NCBI GenBank assembly: GCA_963770895.1
Contig: CAVYRF010000002.1
Span: forward strand, 4,544,001 to 4,608,000
Source of the DNA: an uncultured Acidobacteriota bacterium
GTDB lineage: Bacteria > Acidobacteriota > Thermoanaerobaculia > Multivoradales > UBA5704
Direction of reading: 5' to 3'
DNA: 64,000 nt
Within the stretch, counting starts at the first letter, position 1. The number at the start of each line of letters is the position of its first letter. Positions 19,909-29,596 of the stretch are shown piece by piece. The notes below the pieces were generated by a model. The model did not search any database, was not told the origin of the DNA, and saw only the letters and a list, made by a program, of their open reading frames with translations. Position numbers and translations under genes: made by a program.

Positions 19909-20075
19909 CGAGGTGTCTCCTCTTTCGGTTGGTCGACGACCTTGTTCGATCGCAGGAGCCGGGGCGCGCGGCGGTTGCGGGTCGAGGCTCGAAGAGCCTA
20001 TCCTACGGCAGCACCTTGCAGCTCAGGAGCGCATCCGGCCGGCTTTTTTGGGCAAGGTCGGCCCGCGAGGATCGA

Positions 20076-21926
20076 ATGGATCGAGACAGCACGGCCGCGG
20101 ACGCCCCGGACGCCCCATCCCGGGGCGCACCGGCATCACCGCCGGCCGCGGCAACCGCGGCCGGGCTCGCGGGCGCTGCGTCGCAAGACGCGGCGGCCCT
20201 TGCGGATGCCGCGGCGGCCCCGCCGCCTGCCCCGGCGGTCCCGCCCGCAGGCGCGGCCGGCGCGGGCGTGGCCGCCGAGGCGGGCGCCGGCGCCGGCGTT
20301 GGGATCGCGCCGCGGCGCGGCGGCGACGTCGCCCTGGCGGGATGGCTGCTGCTCGCGGGCCTGGTGGTGCTGGGCGTGGTGCTGCTCGGCGTGGCGGCGG
20401 CGCAGGGCGCGCCGGCGTGGCCGGCGTGGACGCTGGCGGGGGTGGGTGCGGCGGCGCTCGCCGCCCACGGCGGCCTGGTGCTGCGCTTCTTCCGCCGCCT
20501 CGAACAGCGCCTGCCGGCCCAGCAGGAGCGGCGCGAGCGCCTGGACGTCAGCCTGAGCGCCGCCTTTCAGCTGCTGGGCGCCGGCGACCTGGTGCGGGCG
20601 GCGGCGTCCAGCCAGGCGCTGCCGGGGCATCTGGCCGGCGTCTTCGCGGCGTCGGCCGAAGCGCTGTCGCGCCTGGCGCAGCAGATCCAGGACAGCTCGG
20701 TCGAAGTGGCGTCGACCGCCGACTCGGTCAACCAGGTCGCCTCCGACCTGGCGGCCGGCTCGGCGGAGCAGGCGGCGTCGGTGGTGGAGATCACCGCCGC
20801 CATGGAGGAGCTGGCGCGCACCGCCTCGCAGATCGCCGACAGCGCCTCGCGGCAAGCGGAAATGGCCGCCGCGGCGGAGGTGAGCGGCGACGCCGGCGCG
20901 GCGGCGGTGGGAGAAGCGGTGGCGGGCGTCGAGCAGGTGCAGCAGCGCATCAGCGCCATCGCCAGCCGCGCCGACGCGCTGGGCACGCGGTCCAAGGAGA
21001 TCTACCGGGTGCTCGACCTGATCACCGAGATCGCGCAGGAGACCCACATCCTGTCGCTCAACGCCGCCATCGAGGCGGTGGCGGCGGGGGTCGACGGGCG
21101 GCGTTTTTCGGTGGTGGCCGAAGAGGTGCGCCACCTCGCCCAGCGCTCGCAGGACTCGGTGAATTCGGTGCGCTCGCTGCTCGACGAGTTCGCGGGGTCG
21201 ATCCGCACCACGATCGTCGCCACCGAGGAGGGGAGCAAGGAGGCGAGCCGGGTGCTGGAACGCTCGCGCGCCGCGGCGGCGGCGATCGTCGAGCTGCGCC
21301 ACGCCTCCGCCGACACCTCGCGCGTGGCGCGCCAGATCTCGCTCGCCACCCAGCAGCAGAACGCCGCCTCCGACGAGGTGGTGATGACGCTGCGCGAGGT
21401 CAGCCTGGTGGTGCAGCGCATGACCGGCGGCCTCAAGGACCTGTCGGCCACTTCCGATCGTCTCAACGCGCTGGCGCTCAAGATCCAGCTGCTGGCGCAG
21501 TCGTTCCACCTGGATTCGCCGCGCTCGCTCAAGCACATGGTGGAGGCGTGGGCGGAGCGCACGCAGGCGGTGCCGGTCGCCGGCCGCCAGGAGGTGCTGG
21601 ACGAGCTGGTGCGCCGGACCCACTTCGTGGACCTGGCCTACTGGGTGGACGACCAGGGAATCATGAGCGCGCTGGCGGTCAATCCGGAAACCCTGGGCGC
21701 CCGGCCGGTGCTCGACCTGGCGCAGCTGCAGGACGTCGACCTGCGGCGGCGGCCGTGGTTCCGCAACGCCGAGCGCGAGCGCCGCACCGGCGTCACGGCA
21801 CCCTACCCTTCGATCCTCACCGGCGAGCAGTGCTTCACCGTCTGCGCCTGCATGACCCTGCCCGGCGGCGGCTTTGGCGGCGTGCTGGCCGTCGACATCA
21901 ACGTCACCGGCTGGACGCGGATCTGA
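20076..21926 (+). CDS. Methyl-accepting chemotaxis protein with C-terminal Cache/PDC-like domain
   Basis: Two TM helices, MCP hairpin 'ILSLNAAIEA...F.VVAEEVR.LAQRS', C-terminal 'RRRPWF..A...TAPYPSILTG..FTV...GGVLAVDIN'. Confidence 0.9.
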   Translation: MDRDSTAADAPDAPSRGAPASPPAAATAAGLAGAASQDAAALADAAAAPPPAPAVPPAGAAGAGVAAEAGAGAGVGIAPRRGGDVALAGWLLLAGLVVLGVVLLGVAAAQGAPAWPAWTLAGVGAAALAAHGGLVLRFFRRLEQRLPAQQERRERLDVSLSAAFQLLGAGDLVRAAASSQALPGHLAGVFAASAEALSRLAQQIQDSSVEVASTADSVNQVASDLAAGSAEQAASVVEITAAMEELARTASQIADSASRQAEMAAAAEVSGDAGAAAVGEAVAGVEQVQQRISAIASRADALGTRSKEIYRVLDLITEIAQETHILSLNAAIEAVAAGVDGRRFSVVAEEVRHLAQRSQDSVNSVRSLLDEFAGSIRTTIVATEEGSKEASRVLERSRAAAAAIVELRHASADTSRVARQISLATQQQNAASDEVVMTLREVSLVVQRMTGGLKDLSATSDRLNALALKIQLLAQSFHLDSPRSLKHMVEAWAERTQAVPVAGRQEVLDELVRRTHFVDLAYWVDDQGIMSALAVNPETLGARPVLDLAQLQDVDLRRRPWFRNAERERRTGVTAPYPSILTGEQCFTVCACMTLPGGGFGGVLAVDINVTGWTRI

Positions 21927-21951
21927 CGGAGCCAGCGGAGCGCTGCGGACG

Positions 21952-22464
21952 ATGATGGCCAGCAAGCCCTTACGCCCCGCCGATCCCGACCGGCCTGCCG
22001 CCGCCGGCGCCGGCGGTGTGCCAGGGGCGGCCGCGGGCGAATCGCGACAGGGTGAGGCGACCCACCTGCTGGTGCGGGCCGGCGAATACGTCTGCGCGCT
22101 GCCGCTGGCGGCGGTGCGCCGGGTGATGCGGGCGCTGCCGCTGCACCCGCTGCCGGGGTCGGCGCCCGAGCTCAAGGGATTGGCGGAGTTCAGCGGCGAC
22201 CCGCTGCCGGTCCTGGACCTGGCGCGGTTGGCGCGGGCGCCGCAGGGCGCCAACCCGGCCTGGCCGGTGACGGTGATCGCCTGGGCGGGGGCCGGCGCGA
22301 CGCGCGAGCTGGTCGGTCTCGCCGCCGACGCGGCGCTGGCGGTGACCCGCCTGGAGCCGGCCGACGTGGTGGGCGGCGACGGGCGCCTGGTGGCCGGCGA
22401 GGCGCTGGTGGCGGGCGAGCTGGTGCGGGTGATCGACCTGCAGGGGTTGGGGGAGGGATCGTGA
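21952..22464 (+). CDS. cheW: CheW-like adaptor
   Basis: 'YVCALPLAAVRRVM...PLPGSAPELKGLAEFSGDPLPVLDL...VGLAADA'. Confidence 0.8.
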   Translation: MMASKPLRPADPDRPAAAGAGGVPGAAAGESRQGEATHLLVRAGEYVCALPLAAVRRVMRALPLHPLPGSAPELKGLAEFSGDPLPVLDLARLARAPQGANPAWPVTVIAWAGAGATRELVGLAADAALAVTRLEPADVVGGDGRLVAGEALVAGELVRVIDLQGLGEGS

Positions 22465-22823
22465 GCGGTGACGGCATCGGCATCGGCGTCCTGGTGTTGC
22501 GGCGCGACGGCGCCACCTGGGGGGTGGCGCACGGCGACGTGCGGGGGCTCGGGCGCGGCGCGGGCGGGGGGTTTGAGGTGACGGTGGCGGCGGGCGCGCT
22601 GGCGGCCGACGAGATCCTGGGGGTCGCGGCGCTGGCGTCGCCGCCGCTGCCGGCCGGTCCGGTGCTGCGCCGCTTCTGGCCCGAGGCGGCGCGCGGCCTG
22701 GCGGTGCACGGCACCCTGCCGCTGGTGCTCATCGACCCGGCGGCGCCGCCCGCCGCGCTGCGCGCCGGCGCCGGCCCCGGCGACGCCACCCGGCGGGAGG
22801 GAGATCGACGTGATGGCGACTGA
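22461..22823 (+). CDS. Short, degenerate CheW-like protein
   Basis: Overlaps both neighbours (GTGA start). 'ADEILGV...RGLAVHG.LPLVLIDP' resembles the CheW C-terminal half. Confidence 0.6.
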   Translation: MSGDGIGIGVLVLRRDGATWGVAHGDVRGLGRGAGGGFEVTVAAGALAADEILGVAALASPPLPAGPVLRRFWPEAARGLAVHGTLPLVLIDPAAPPAALRAGAGPGDATRREGDRRDGD

Positions 22824-24444
22824 GCGGAGAGCGGACCCCACCGGCCGCGCCGTGGCCGGGCTCGGCCTGGCCTTTGGCGTCGCGGCGCTGGGCTACCTGC
22901 TGCTGGTGGTGGCGCGGGCGGCCGGGGCGCCCGGCTGGCTGCAGGACGTCTACCTGCTGGTGGCGGTGGCCGGGTTGTGGGTGTATTACGCCTTCGTCTA
23001 CCAGCCGCAGCTGGGACTGTGGGACCGCGTCGAGGCGGCGGAGCGGCGCAACCAGAGCGTCGAAACCAACCTGGCCGAGGCGCTCGACCTGCTGCGCAGC
23101 GGCGACCTGGTGGGGTCGCAGGCGCACTCCGAGGCGATGCACGACCAGCTGCGTCCGGCCTTCGCCAGCGCCACCGCCGCCCTGGACATGCTGGCGCAGC
23201 AGATCCAGGAGAGCTCGACGGAAGTCGCCGCCGCCGCCAATTCCGTCAACCAGATCGCCTCCGAGCTGGCTTCGGGCTCGTCGCAGCAGGCGGCGTCGGT
23301 GGTCGAGATCACCGCCGCCATGGAGCAGCTGGCGCGCACCGCTTCGCAGATCGCCGACAACGCCTCCAGCCAGGCCGAGCTGACCGGGCGGGCCGAGGAC
23401 AGCGGCGACAAGGGGGCGGAGGCGGTCGAAGAGGCGGTGGCCGGCATCGCCGAGGTGCAGAAGCGCATCGCCGGCATCGCCAGCCGCGCCGACATGCTGG
23501 GGGCGCGCTCGCAGGAGATCTACAGGGTCCTCGACCTGATCACCCACATCGCCGGCGAAACCCACATCCTGTCGCTCAACGCGGCGATCGAGGCGGCGGC
23601 GGCGGGCGACCACCACCGGCGCTTCACGGTGGTGGCCGAGGAGGTGCGGCGCCTGGCGCAGCGCTCGCAGGAGTCGGTCGAGTCGGTGCGCACGCTGCTC
23701 GACGAGTTCGCCGGCTCGATCCGCACCACCGTGGTGGCGACCGACGAGGGGAGCGTCGAGGCGGCGAGGGTGCTCGACCGGGCGCGCACCGCGGCGGCGG
23801 CGATCGAGCGCCTGCGCGGCGGCTCGGGCGACACGGCGCGGGTGGCGCGCGAGATCTCGCTCGCCACGCAGCAGCAAAACGCCGCCTCCGACGAGGTGGT
23901 GCTGACGCTCAAGGAGGTCAGCCAGGTGGTGCAGCGCATGGCCGAAGGCCTCAAGCGCTTCACCGACACCGCCGAGCGCCTCAACCGGCTGGGCCTGGCG
24001 ATCCAGATGGTGGCGCAGTCGTTCCACCTGGATTCGCCGCACTCGCTCAAGCACCTGTCGGAGACCTGGGCGCGCCGGGTGCAGCGCCGGCTGGGCAACT
24101 GGGACGCCATCGAGCGGCTGCTGGGCGAGCTGGTCAACCAGCAGCCCTATATCGAGTGCCTGTACTTTTTCGACGGCCGCAACAACCAGGTGGCGCTCAC
24201 CGTCAACCGCCAGCTGATCGGCGAGCGCGAGGTGCTCGGCGGGGTGAAGACGGGAGAGGGCTTCGCCAGCCGCCCCTGGTACCTGGCGGCGGTGCGCGAG
24301 CGGCGCACCGTGCTGACGCCGCTGTTCGACTCGCTGATCTCGGGCCAGTCGATCTTCACCGCCGCGACGCCGATCTACCACCGCGGCGAGCTGGCGGGCG
24401 TCCTCGGGCTGGACGTGAACGTCGACAGCTGGACCAAGATCTGA
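22810..24444 (+). CDS. Methyl-accepting chemotaxis protein with C-terminal Cache/PDC-like domain (paralog of 20076..21926)
   Basis: Two TM helices, MCP hairpin, C-terminal 'SRPWYLAA...TPLFDSLISG..IFTAATPI...GVLGLDVN'. Confidence 0.9.
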   Translation: MMATERRADPTGRAVAGLGLAFGVAALGYLLLVVARAAGAPGWLQDVYLLVAVAGLWVYYAFVYQPQLGLWDRVEAAERRNQSVETNLAEALDLLRSGDLVGSQAHSEAMHDQLRPAFASATAALDMLAQQIQESSTEVAAAANSVNQIASELASGSSQQAASVVEITAAMEQLARTASQIADNASSQAELTGRAEDSGDKGAEAVEEAVAGIAEVQKRIAGIASRADMLGARSQEIYRVLDLITHIAGETHILSLNAAIEAAAAGDHHRRFTVVAEEVRRLAQRSQESVESVRTLLDEFAGSIRTTVVATDEGSVEAARVLDRARTAAAAIERLRGGSGDTARVAREISLATQQQNAASDEVVLTLKEVSQVVQRMAEGLKRFTDTAERLNRLGLAIQMVAQSFHLDSPHSLKHLSETWARRVQRRLGNWDAIERLLGELVNQQPYIECLYFFDGRNNQVALTVNRQLIGEREVLGGVKTGEGFASRPWYLAAVRERRTVLTPLFDSLISGQSIFTAATPIYHRGELAGVLGLDVNVDSWTKI

Positions 24445-24496
24445 GGCAGTCAGGCGGCCCCACCGCCCGCTGCCAGGCCACCCGCGAGCCCAGCTC

Positions 24497-26746
24497 ATGG
24501 AAGAGGAATTTGCCGATCTAGTCCCGCTCTTCATCGAAGAGTCGCGCGAACGCCTCGACCGGCTGGCGCTGCTGCTGCCGCGCCTGGCGGACGACGAGCA
24601 GGCGGCGGTCGAGGCGCGCCGCGAGCTGCACACGCTCAAGGGCGCCGGCCGCATGATGCGCCTGGGCGCCTTCGCCGAGCTGTGCCACGCCGCCGAAGAG
24701 CTGCTGCACGGCGCGCGCGCCGGCACCTTGGCCGTGCCGGGGATCGTGCCGCTCCTGGTGCGCGCCCTGGACCGGCTGAGCGCGATGCTGGACGCCGTGG
24801 GGCAGGGGGACGGCGATCCGGCGCAGGACGCCGAGCTGATGGCCCAGCTGGCCGCGGCGCTGCCCGCCGCCGGCGCCGCCACCGCTGCCGGACCTGCCGG
24901 CGCTGCCGCGCCGCCCGCGGCGACCGTGGCGCCACGATCGCCAACATCGCCAACATCGCCAACATCGCCAACGTCGCCCGCAACGCCGGCACCGCTGGTA
25001 CCGCCAGCCGCGGCGGCCCCTTCGCCGGCGGCGGCCCCGGCCCTGGCGCCACGGCCGGCTGCGGTCGGGGGAGGGCGGCGCCTGGCCTCGGGCGAGGTGC
25101 GCATCGAGGCCGCGGCGCTCGACGAGGTGGCGGAGCGCGCCACCGAGGTGCGCATCCTGGCGCTGGCGTCGCGGCCGGTGGTGGAGCGGCTGTACGAGCT
25201 GGCGCGCTTGGCCGAAGAGGGGGTGCGCGAGCCGCAGCCGGCGCAGGTGCTGGCGGTGCTTGCGGCGGTGCTGCGCCGCACCGGCGTCGACCTGGAAGGC
25301 GGGCAGCACCGCCTGCTGCGCGCCGCCGAGGAGCAGCTGGACCGCGTGCTGCGCCTGCAGCTGCAGCCGCTGCGCGGGTCGCTGCTCGGTCTGGCGCGCT
25401 ACGCCCGCGAGCTGGGCCGCTCGCTCAAGCGCGAGGTCGAAGTGGTGGTGGAGGGAGAGGACACGCGCCTGGACCGGCGGATCGCGCGCGGCCTGGAGGA
25501 GGCGCTGCTGCACCTGGTGCGCAACGCCGTCGATCACGGCATCGAGGCGCCCGACGTGCGCGAGCGGCGGGGCAAGCCGCGCGCCGGGCGCATCCTGCTG
25601 CGCGCCATCGGCGAAAGCACGCGGGTGCGGCTGGAGATCGCCGACGACGGCGGCGGCATCGACCTGGCGCGGGTGCGCGAGCAGGCGGTGCGGGCGGGCC
25701 TGCTGGACAGCGCGGCGGCGGCGGCGGCCGCGGCGCCGCAGGAAGTGCTGCGGCTGCTCTTCGCCGCCGGCTTTTCGACGCGCGACAAGGTGTCCGAGAT
25801 CTCCGGCCGCGGCGTCGGGCTCGACGTCGTGGCCACGGCGGTCAACCGCGTCGGCGGCGAGGTTGCGCTCACCTCCGAGCCGGGCCGCGGCACCACGGTG
25901 GTGCTCGACGTGCCGGTGGCGCGCCGCGGCGAGCGGGTGCTGCTGGTGCAGGTCGGGGCGCTGCGCCTGGCGCTGCCCTCGGCCGGGGTGCGGCACGCCA
26001 GCCGCGTCGAGGCGGCGGCGGTGGTCGAGCGCGACGGCAGGACCCTGGCGCGCCTGGGCGACCGGCTGGTCCCCTGCGTGCCGCTCGGGCGCCTGCACGG
26101 GCAGGCGCCGGCGATCGCCCCGACCGCCGCGCAGCTGCTGCTCGAGGGCGTCGCTTCGGGGCTGCCCTTTGCCGTCCTGGTGGACGCCGTTTTGCAAGAA
26201 CAGGAAGTGCTGGTGCGCCCGATCACCCGCAAGGTGGCGACGGATCGCCTGCTCGACGGGCTGGCGCTGCTCGCCTCCGGCGAACCGGTCGGCGTGCTGT
26301 CGCCGGCCGTCCTGGCGCAGCGTGAATACCTGCGCGCCCTGCCGGCGGTCGAGGTGCGGGCGGCGCCGCGGCAGCGCCTGCGCGTCCTGCTGGTGGACGA
26401 TTCCTTGGTGACGCGCGAGATGGAGCGACGGCTGCTCGAAGACGCGGGCTTCGAGGTGGCGGCGGCGGGCGACGCCCTGGACGCGTTGTCGCGGCTGGGG
26501 GAGGAGAGCTTCGATTGCGTGGTGACCGACATCGAAATGCCCGGCATGGACGGTTTCGAGCTGACCGCGCAGCTGCGCGGCATGGAGCATTTCGCCCAGC
26601 TGCCGATCGTCGTGGTGTCGACCCGCGACCGGCCCGAAGATCGCCTGCGCGGCCTCAAGGCGGGCGCCGACGCCTATCTCACCAAGCAGAGCCTGGACGC
26701 CGGCGAGCTGGTCCACCTGGTGCGGCGCCTCAGCGGGCGCGGCTGA
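24497..26746 (+). CDS. cheA: Hybrid CheA histidine kinase with C-terminal receiver domain (WspE/FrzE-like)
   Basis: Hpt RELHTLKG, HATPase HLVRNAVDHGIE/DDGGG/FST...SGRGVGLDVV, CheW domain, REC 'VDDS...TDIEMPGMDG...YLTK'. Confidence 0.95.
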   Translation: MEEEFADLVPLFIEESRERLDRLALLLPRLADDEQAAVEARRELHTLKGAGRMMRLGAFAELCHAAEELLHGARAGTLAVPGIVPLLVRALDRLSAMLDAVGQGDGDPAQDAELMAQLAAALPAAGAATAAGPAGAAAPPAATVAPRSPTSPTSPTSPTSPATPAPLVPPAAAAPSPAAAPALAPRPAAVGGGRRLASGEVRIEAAALDEVAERATEVRILALASRPVVERLYELARLAEEGVREPQPAQVLAVLAAVLRRTGVDLEGGQHRLLRAAEEQLDRVLRLQLQPLRGSLLGLARYARELGRSLKREVEVVVEGEDTRLDRRIARGLEEALLHLVRNAVDHGIEAPDVRERRGKPRAGRILLRAIGESTRVRLEIADDGGGIDLARVREQAVRAGLLDSAAAAAAAAPQEVLRLLFAAGFSTRDKVSEISGRGVGLDVVATAVNRVGGEVALTSEPGRGTTVVLDVPVARRGERVLLVQVGALRLALPSAGVRHASRVEAAAVVERDGRTLARLGDRLVPCVPLGRLHGQAPAIAPTAAQLLLEGVASGLPFAVLVDAVLQEQEVLVRPITRKVATDRLLDGLALLASGEPVGVLSPAVLAQREYLRALPAVEVRAAPRQRLRVLLVDDSLVTREMERRLLEDAGFEVAAAGDALDALSRLGEESFDCVVTDIEMPGMDGFELTAQLRGMEHFAQLPIVVVSTRDRPEDRLRGLKAGADAYLTKQSLDAGELVHLVRRLSGRG
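24937..24972 (+). repeat. 9-nt tandem repeat (ATCGCCAAC)x4 encoding SPT repeats in the CheA linker
   Basis: Four perfect copies read directly. Confidence 0.9.
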
Positions 26747-26784
26747 CGCGCGTCGCGGCGCGGTGAAGCGGTGAAGGAGTCCTG

Positions 26785-27891
26785 GTGATCCGCGTCCTGC
26801 TGGTAGACGATTCGCCGTCGGTGCGCGCGGTGGTGCGGCGCTTCCTGGCGCGCACCCGCGACATCCAGGTCGTCGCCGAAGCGGTCGACGGCGCCCAGGC
26901 GGTGCAGGCCGTGCTCGACCACCTGCCGCACGTGGTGCTGATGGATCTGCAGATGCCGGTCATGGACGGCTACGCGGCGATCGAACGCATCATGGAGCTG
27001 CACCCGGTCCCCATCGTCGTGCTCTCCACCCGCGCCAACCGCAACCAGATGCGCACCGCCTTCGAAGCCATCCGGCGCGGCGCCATCGAAGTGCTGCCGA
27101 AGCCCGAGGACACCGGCAGCTGGGAAGGCCTGGCCGCCAGCCTGCCCGAGACGGTGCGCGCCGCCGCCGTGGCGCGCCCGCGCGTCATCGCGCGGCCCGG
27201 CGGCATGCCGGCGGCGGCGCCCCTGGCTGCCGCCGCGCGGCGGCCGCGCGCGCCGGCCGTCGCCGAGCGGGACTTGGGCGGCGGTGCCCCCGCCGTCGTG
27301 GTCCGCGCCGCGCCGCTGCGCTGGGTGCTGATCGGCGCTTCGACCGGCGGCCCGGCGGCGCTGCGCGAGCTGTTCGACGAGGTGGAGGCCGAGCCGCCGG
27401 TCAGCTTTCTGGTCGTGCAGCACATCGCCGCCGGCTTCGAGGCGGCGATGGCCGAATGGCTCAACAAGGAGCTGCCCCTGGACGTGCGCCTGGCGCGCGA
27501 CGCCGAGTCGCCCCGGCGGGGCGCCGTGCGCCTCGCCCCGGCCGGCGCGCACCTGCGCCTGGCCGCCGGCGGCGTCGTGCACCTCGACAGCAGGACGCCG
27601 GCGCGGCGCGGGCATCGCCCCTCGGTCGACGAGCTGTTCCTGTCGGCCGCCGCCAACTTCCCGCACGCGGCGGCCGGGGTGCTGCTCACCGGCATGGGCA
27701 CCGATGGGGTGGAAGGGCTGGAAGCGCTGCGCCGTGCCGGCTCCCTGACCCTGGTGCAGGACGAAGCCAGCTCGGTCGTCTACGGCATGCCGCGCGTCGC
27801 CCTGGAACGCGGCGCCGCCGACCTGGCCCAGCCGCCGCGCCAGCTGGCGCGCACCCTGGCGCTGCACTGGCGACAGCGGGAGCGCACCTGA
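26785..27891 (+). CDS. cheB: Chemotaxis methylesterase with receiver domain
   Basis: REC (VDDS, MDLQMP), GASTGG, VQH, PSVD, LTGMGTDG. Confidence 0.95.
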   Translation: MIRVLLVDDSPSVRAVVRRFLARTRDIQVVAEAVDGAQAVQAVLDHLPHVVLMDLQMPVMDGYAAIERIMELHPVPIVVLSTRANRNQMRTAFEAIRRGAIEVLPKPEDTGSWEGLAASLPETVRAAAVARPRVIARPGGMPAAAPLAAAARRPRAPAVAERDLGGGAPAVVVRAAPLRWVLIGASTGGPAALRELFDEVEAEPPVSFLVVQHIAAGFEAAMAEWLNKELPLDVRLARDAESPRRGAVRLAPAGAHLRLAAGGVVHLDSRTPARRGHRPSVDELFLSAAANFPHAAAGVLLTGMGTDGVEGLEALRRAGSLTLVQDEASSVVYGMPRVALERGAADLAQPPRQLARTLALHWRQRERT

Positions 27892-27902
27892 ACGAAGCGC
27901 GC

Positions 27903-29369
27903 ATGGCCAATATCGATCCCTTGGTCAACCAGCTGGCAGCGCTCATCCACAAGCGCACCGGCAACCTGGTGCCGGCGCCGCGCTTCGACTTCCTGGCCGA
28001 GCTGGCGGTGCGCCGCGCCCACGCCGTCGGCGCCAGGACCGCCGCCGACTACGTGCGCGCCCTGGCCGCCGGCGACCTGGCCGGCGAATGGGGCCACCTG
28101 GTGTCGCTGATCACCATCAAGGAGTCGTACTTCTACCGCGCCCCGCAGCAGTTCGAGGTGCTCACGCGCCAGCTCCTGCCGCGCCTGATCCGCGCCCGCG
28201 CCGCCACCCGCCGCCTGGTCGCCTGGTCCGCCGCCTGCGCCCGCGGCGAAGAAGCCGCCACCCTTGCCATGGTCCTGGCCGAGCACCCCGCCCTCGCCGG
28301 CTGGGACTGGAGCATCCTGGCCACCGACATCGACGAAGAGGCCCTGGCCGGCGCCCGCCGCGGCCTCTACGGTGAGCGCGCCGTCGCCCTGGTGCCGCCG
28401 CCCCTTGCCGCCCGCTACCTGATCCGGCGCGGCAAGCTCTTCGAGCTGGCGCCCCAGCTGCTGGCGCGCATCGACTACCGCCCGCTCAATCTCGCGCGGC
28501 CGCCCTTCGACCTGCCCGCCGAAGAGTACGACCTGATCCTGCTGCGCAACGTCCTGATCTACTTCGACCGCGCCCTGCAGAGCCGCGTCATGGCCCACGT
28601 CGCCCCCCGCCTGGCACCCAAGGGCCTGCTCTTCCTGGGAGCCTCCGAGACCCTGTGGCAGATCCAGGACGAGCTGGAAGCCCTGGACCTGGGCACCTGC
28701 TACGCCTACCGCCACCGCCGCGCGCGCCCCGCCCCCGGCGAGCCCGCCCCGCCGGCCCTCGCCGCCCCCCCGGCCGCGGCCGCGCCCGCGCGGCGGCCCC
28801 CGGTAGCGGGTGCTGCCGGCGCAGCGGGCGCGCCAGGCGACCTGCGTCCACCCGCCAGCGTCACGGTGGCCCGCAGGGCCGCGCCGCCGGCGGGCCGCGC
28901 GCCAAGCGGCCCCGCCGCCCCCGCGATCGGCGGAGCGCCCCCCGGCGCCGGAATGCCCGCGGCTCCCACCACCCCCGAGCTGCTGATCGCCGCCGCCCGC
29001 GAGCTGGTCGCCAACCGCCTGGATCCAGCGCGGCGCGCCGCCGACCTGGCCCTGAGCGCCGATCCCTCCGAACCTGCCTGCCACGTCCTGGACGGTTTCC
29101 TGCACGACCTGGCCGGCCAGACCGAAGAAGCCGTCACCGCCTACCGCGCCGCCCTCTACCTGGATCCGTCGCTCTTCCAGCCCCGCCTGCTGCTCGCCGA
29201 CTGCCTTCTCCGCCTGGGCCGCCGCGATCGTGCCGAGCACCAATACCGCGAGATCCTGGCCGCCCTGGACGCCGGCCGCGAACGCCAGCTCGCCCTGTTC
29301 GACAACCTCCCCCTGCCTGACCGCGACCGCGCCCTCCACCGCTGCCGCCAGGTCCTGAAAGCAACCTGA
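27903..29369 (+). CDS. cheR: CheR methyltransferase with C-terminal TPR (WspC-like)
   Basis: TIKESYFYR, WSAACARGEE, ATDID, LRNVLIYF, LGASE, C-terminal 'YRAALYLDP'. Confidence 0.93.
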   Translation: MANIDPLVNQLAALIHKRTGNLVPAPRFDFLAELAVRRAHAVGARTAADYVRALAAGDLAGEWGHLVSLITIKESYFYRAPQQFEVLTRQLLPRLIRARAATRRLVAWSAACARGEEAATLAMVLAEHPALAGWDWSILATDIDEEALAGARRGLYGERAVALVPPPLAARYLIRRGKLFELAPQLLARIDYRPLNLARPPFDLPAEEYDLILLRNVLIYFDRALQSRVMAHVAPRLAPKGLLFLGASETLWQIQDELEALDLGTCYAYRHRRARPAPGEPAPPALAAPPAAAAPARRPPVAGAAGAAGAPGDLRPPASVTVARRAAPPAGRAPSGPAAPAIGGAPPGAGMPAAPTTPELLIAAARELVANRLDPARRAADLALSADPSEPACHVLDGFLHDLAGQTEEAVTAYRAALYLDPSLFQPRLLLADCLLRLGRRDRAEHQYREILAALDAGRERQLALFDNLPLPDRDRALHRCRQVLKAT

Positions 29370-29373
29370 CAGT

Positions 29374-29592
29374 ATGAGCGGCTTGACGGTTTTCGGGTTT
29401 TGCGCGGTGACCTTGATGTTGGTTTGCTACGCGTTCGAAGCGCGCGGGCGCGGGTGGATTCTGGGTTTTGCGGTGGCGTGCGCGCTCGGTTCTGCCTATG
29501 GATTTTTGCAAGGGGCGTGGCCCTTCGGCTTTGTGGAGGCCGTCTGGTCGGTGGTGGCGCTGCGGCGCTGGCAGAAGGCGGCGGGCGCGTAG
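29374..29592 (+). CDS. Small membrane protein
   Basis: 72-aa hydrophobic ORF with 'YGFLQGAWPFG.VE.VW'. Confidence 0.75.
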   Translation: MSGLTVFGFCAVTLMLVCYAFEARGRGWILGFAVACALGSAYGFLQGAWPFGFVEAVWSVVALRRWQKAAGA

Positions 29593-29596
29593 GTGA

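Noticed and set aside
20006-20021. Possible sigma54 box CGGCAGCACCTTGCA upstream of the first MCP
   Set aside because: GG-to-GC spacing is 9 nt rather than the required 10.
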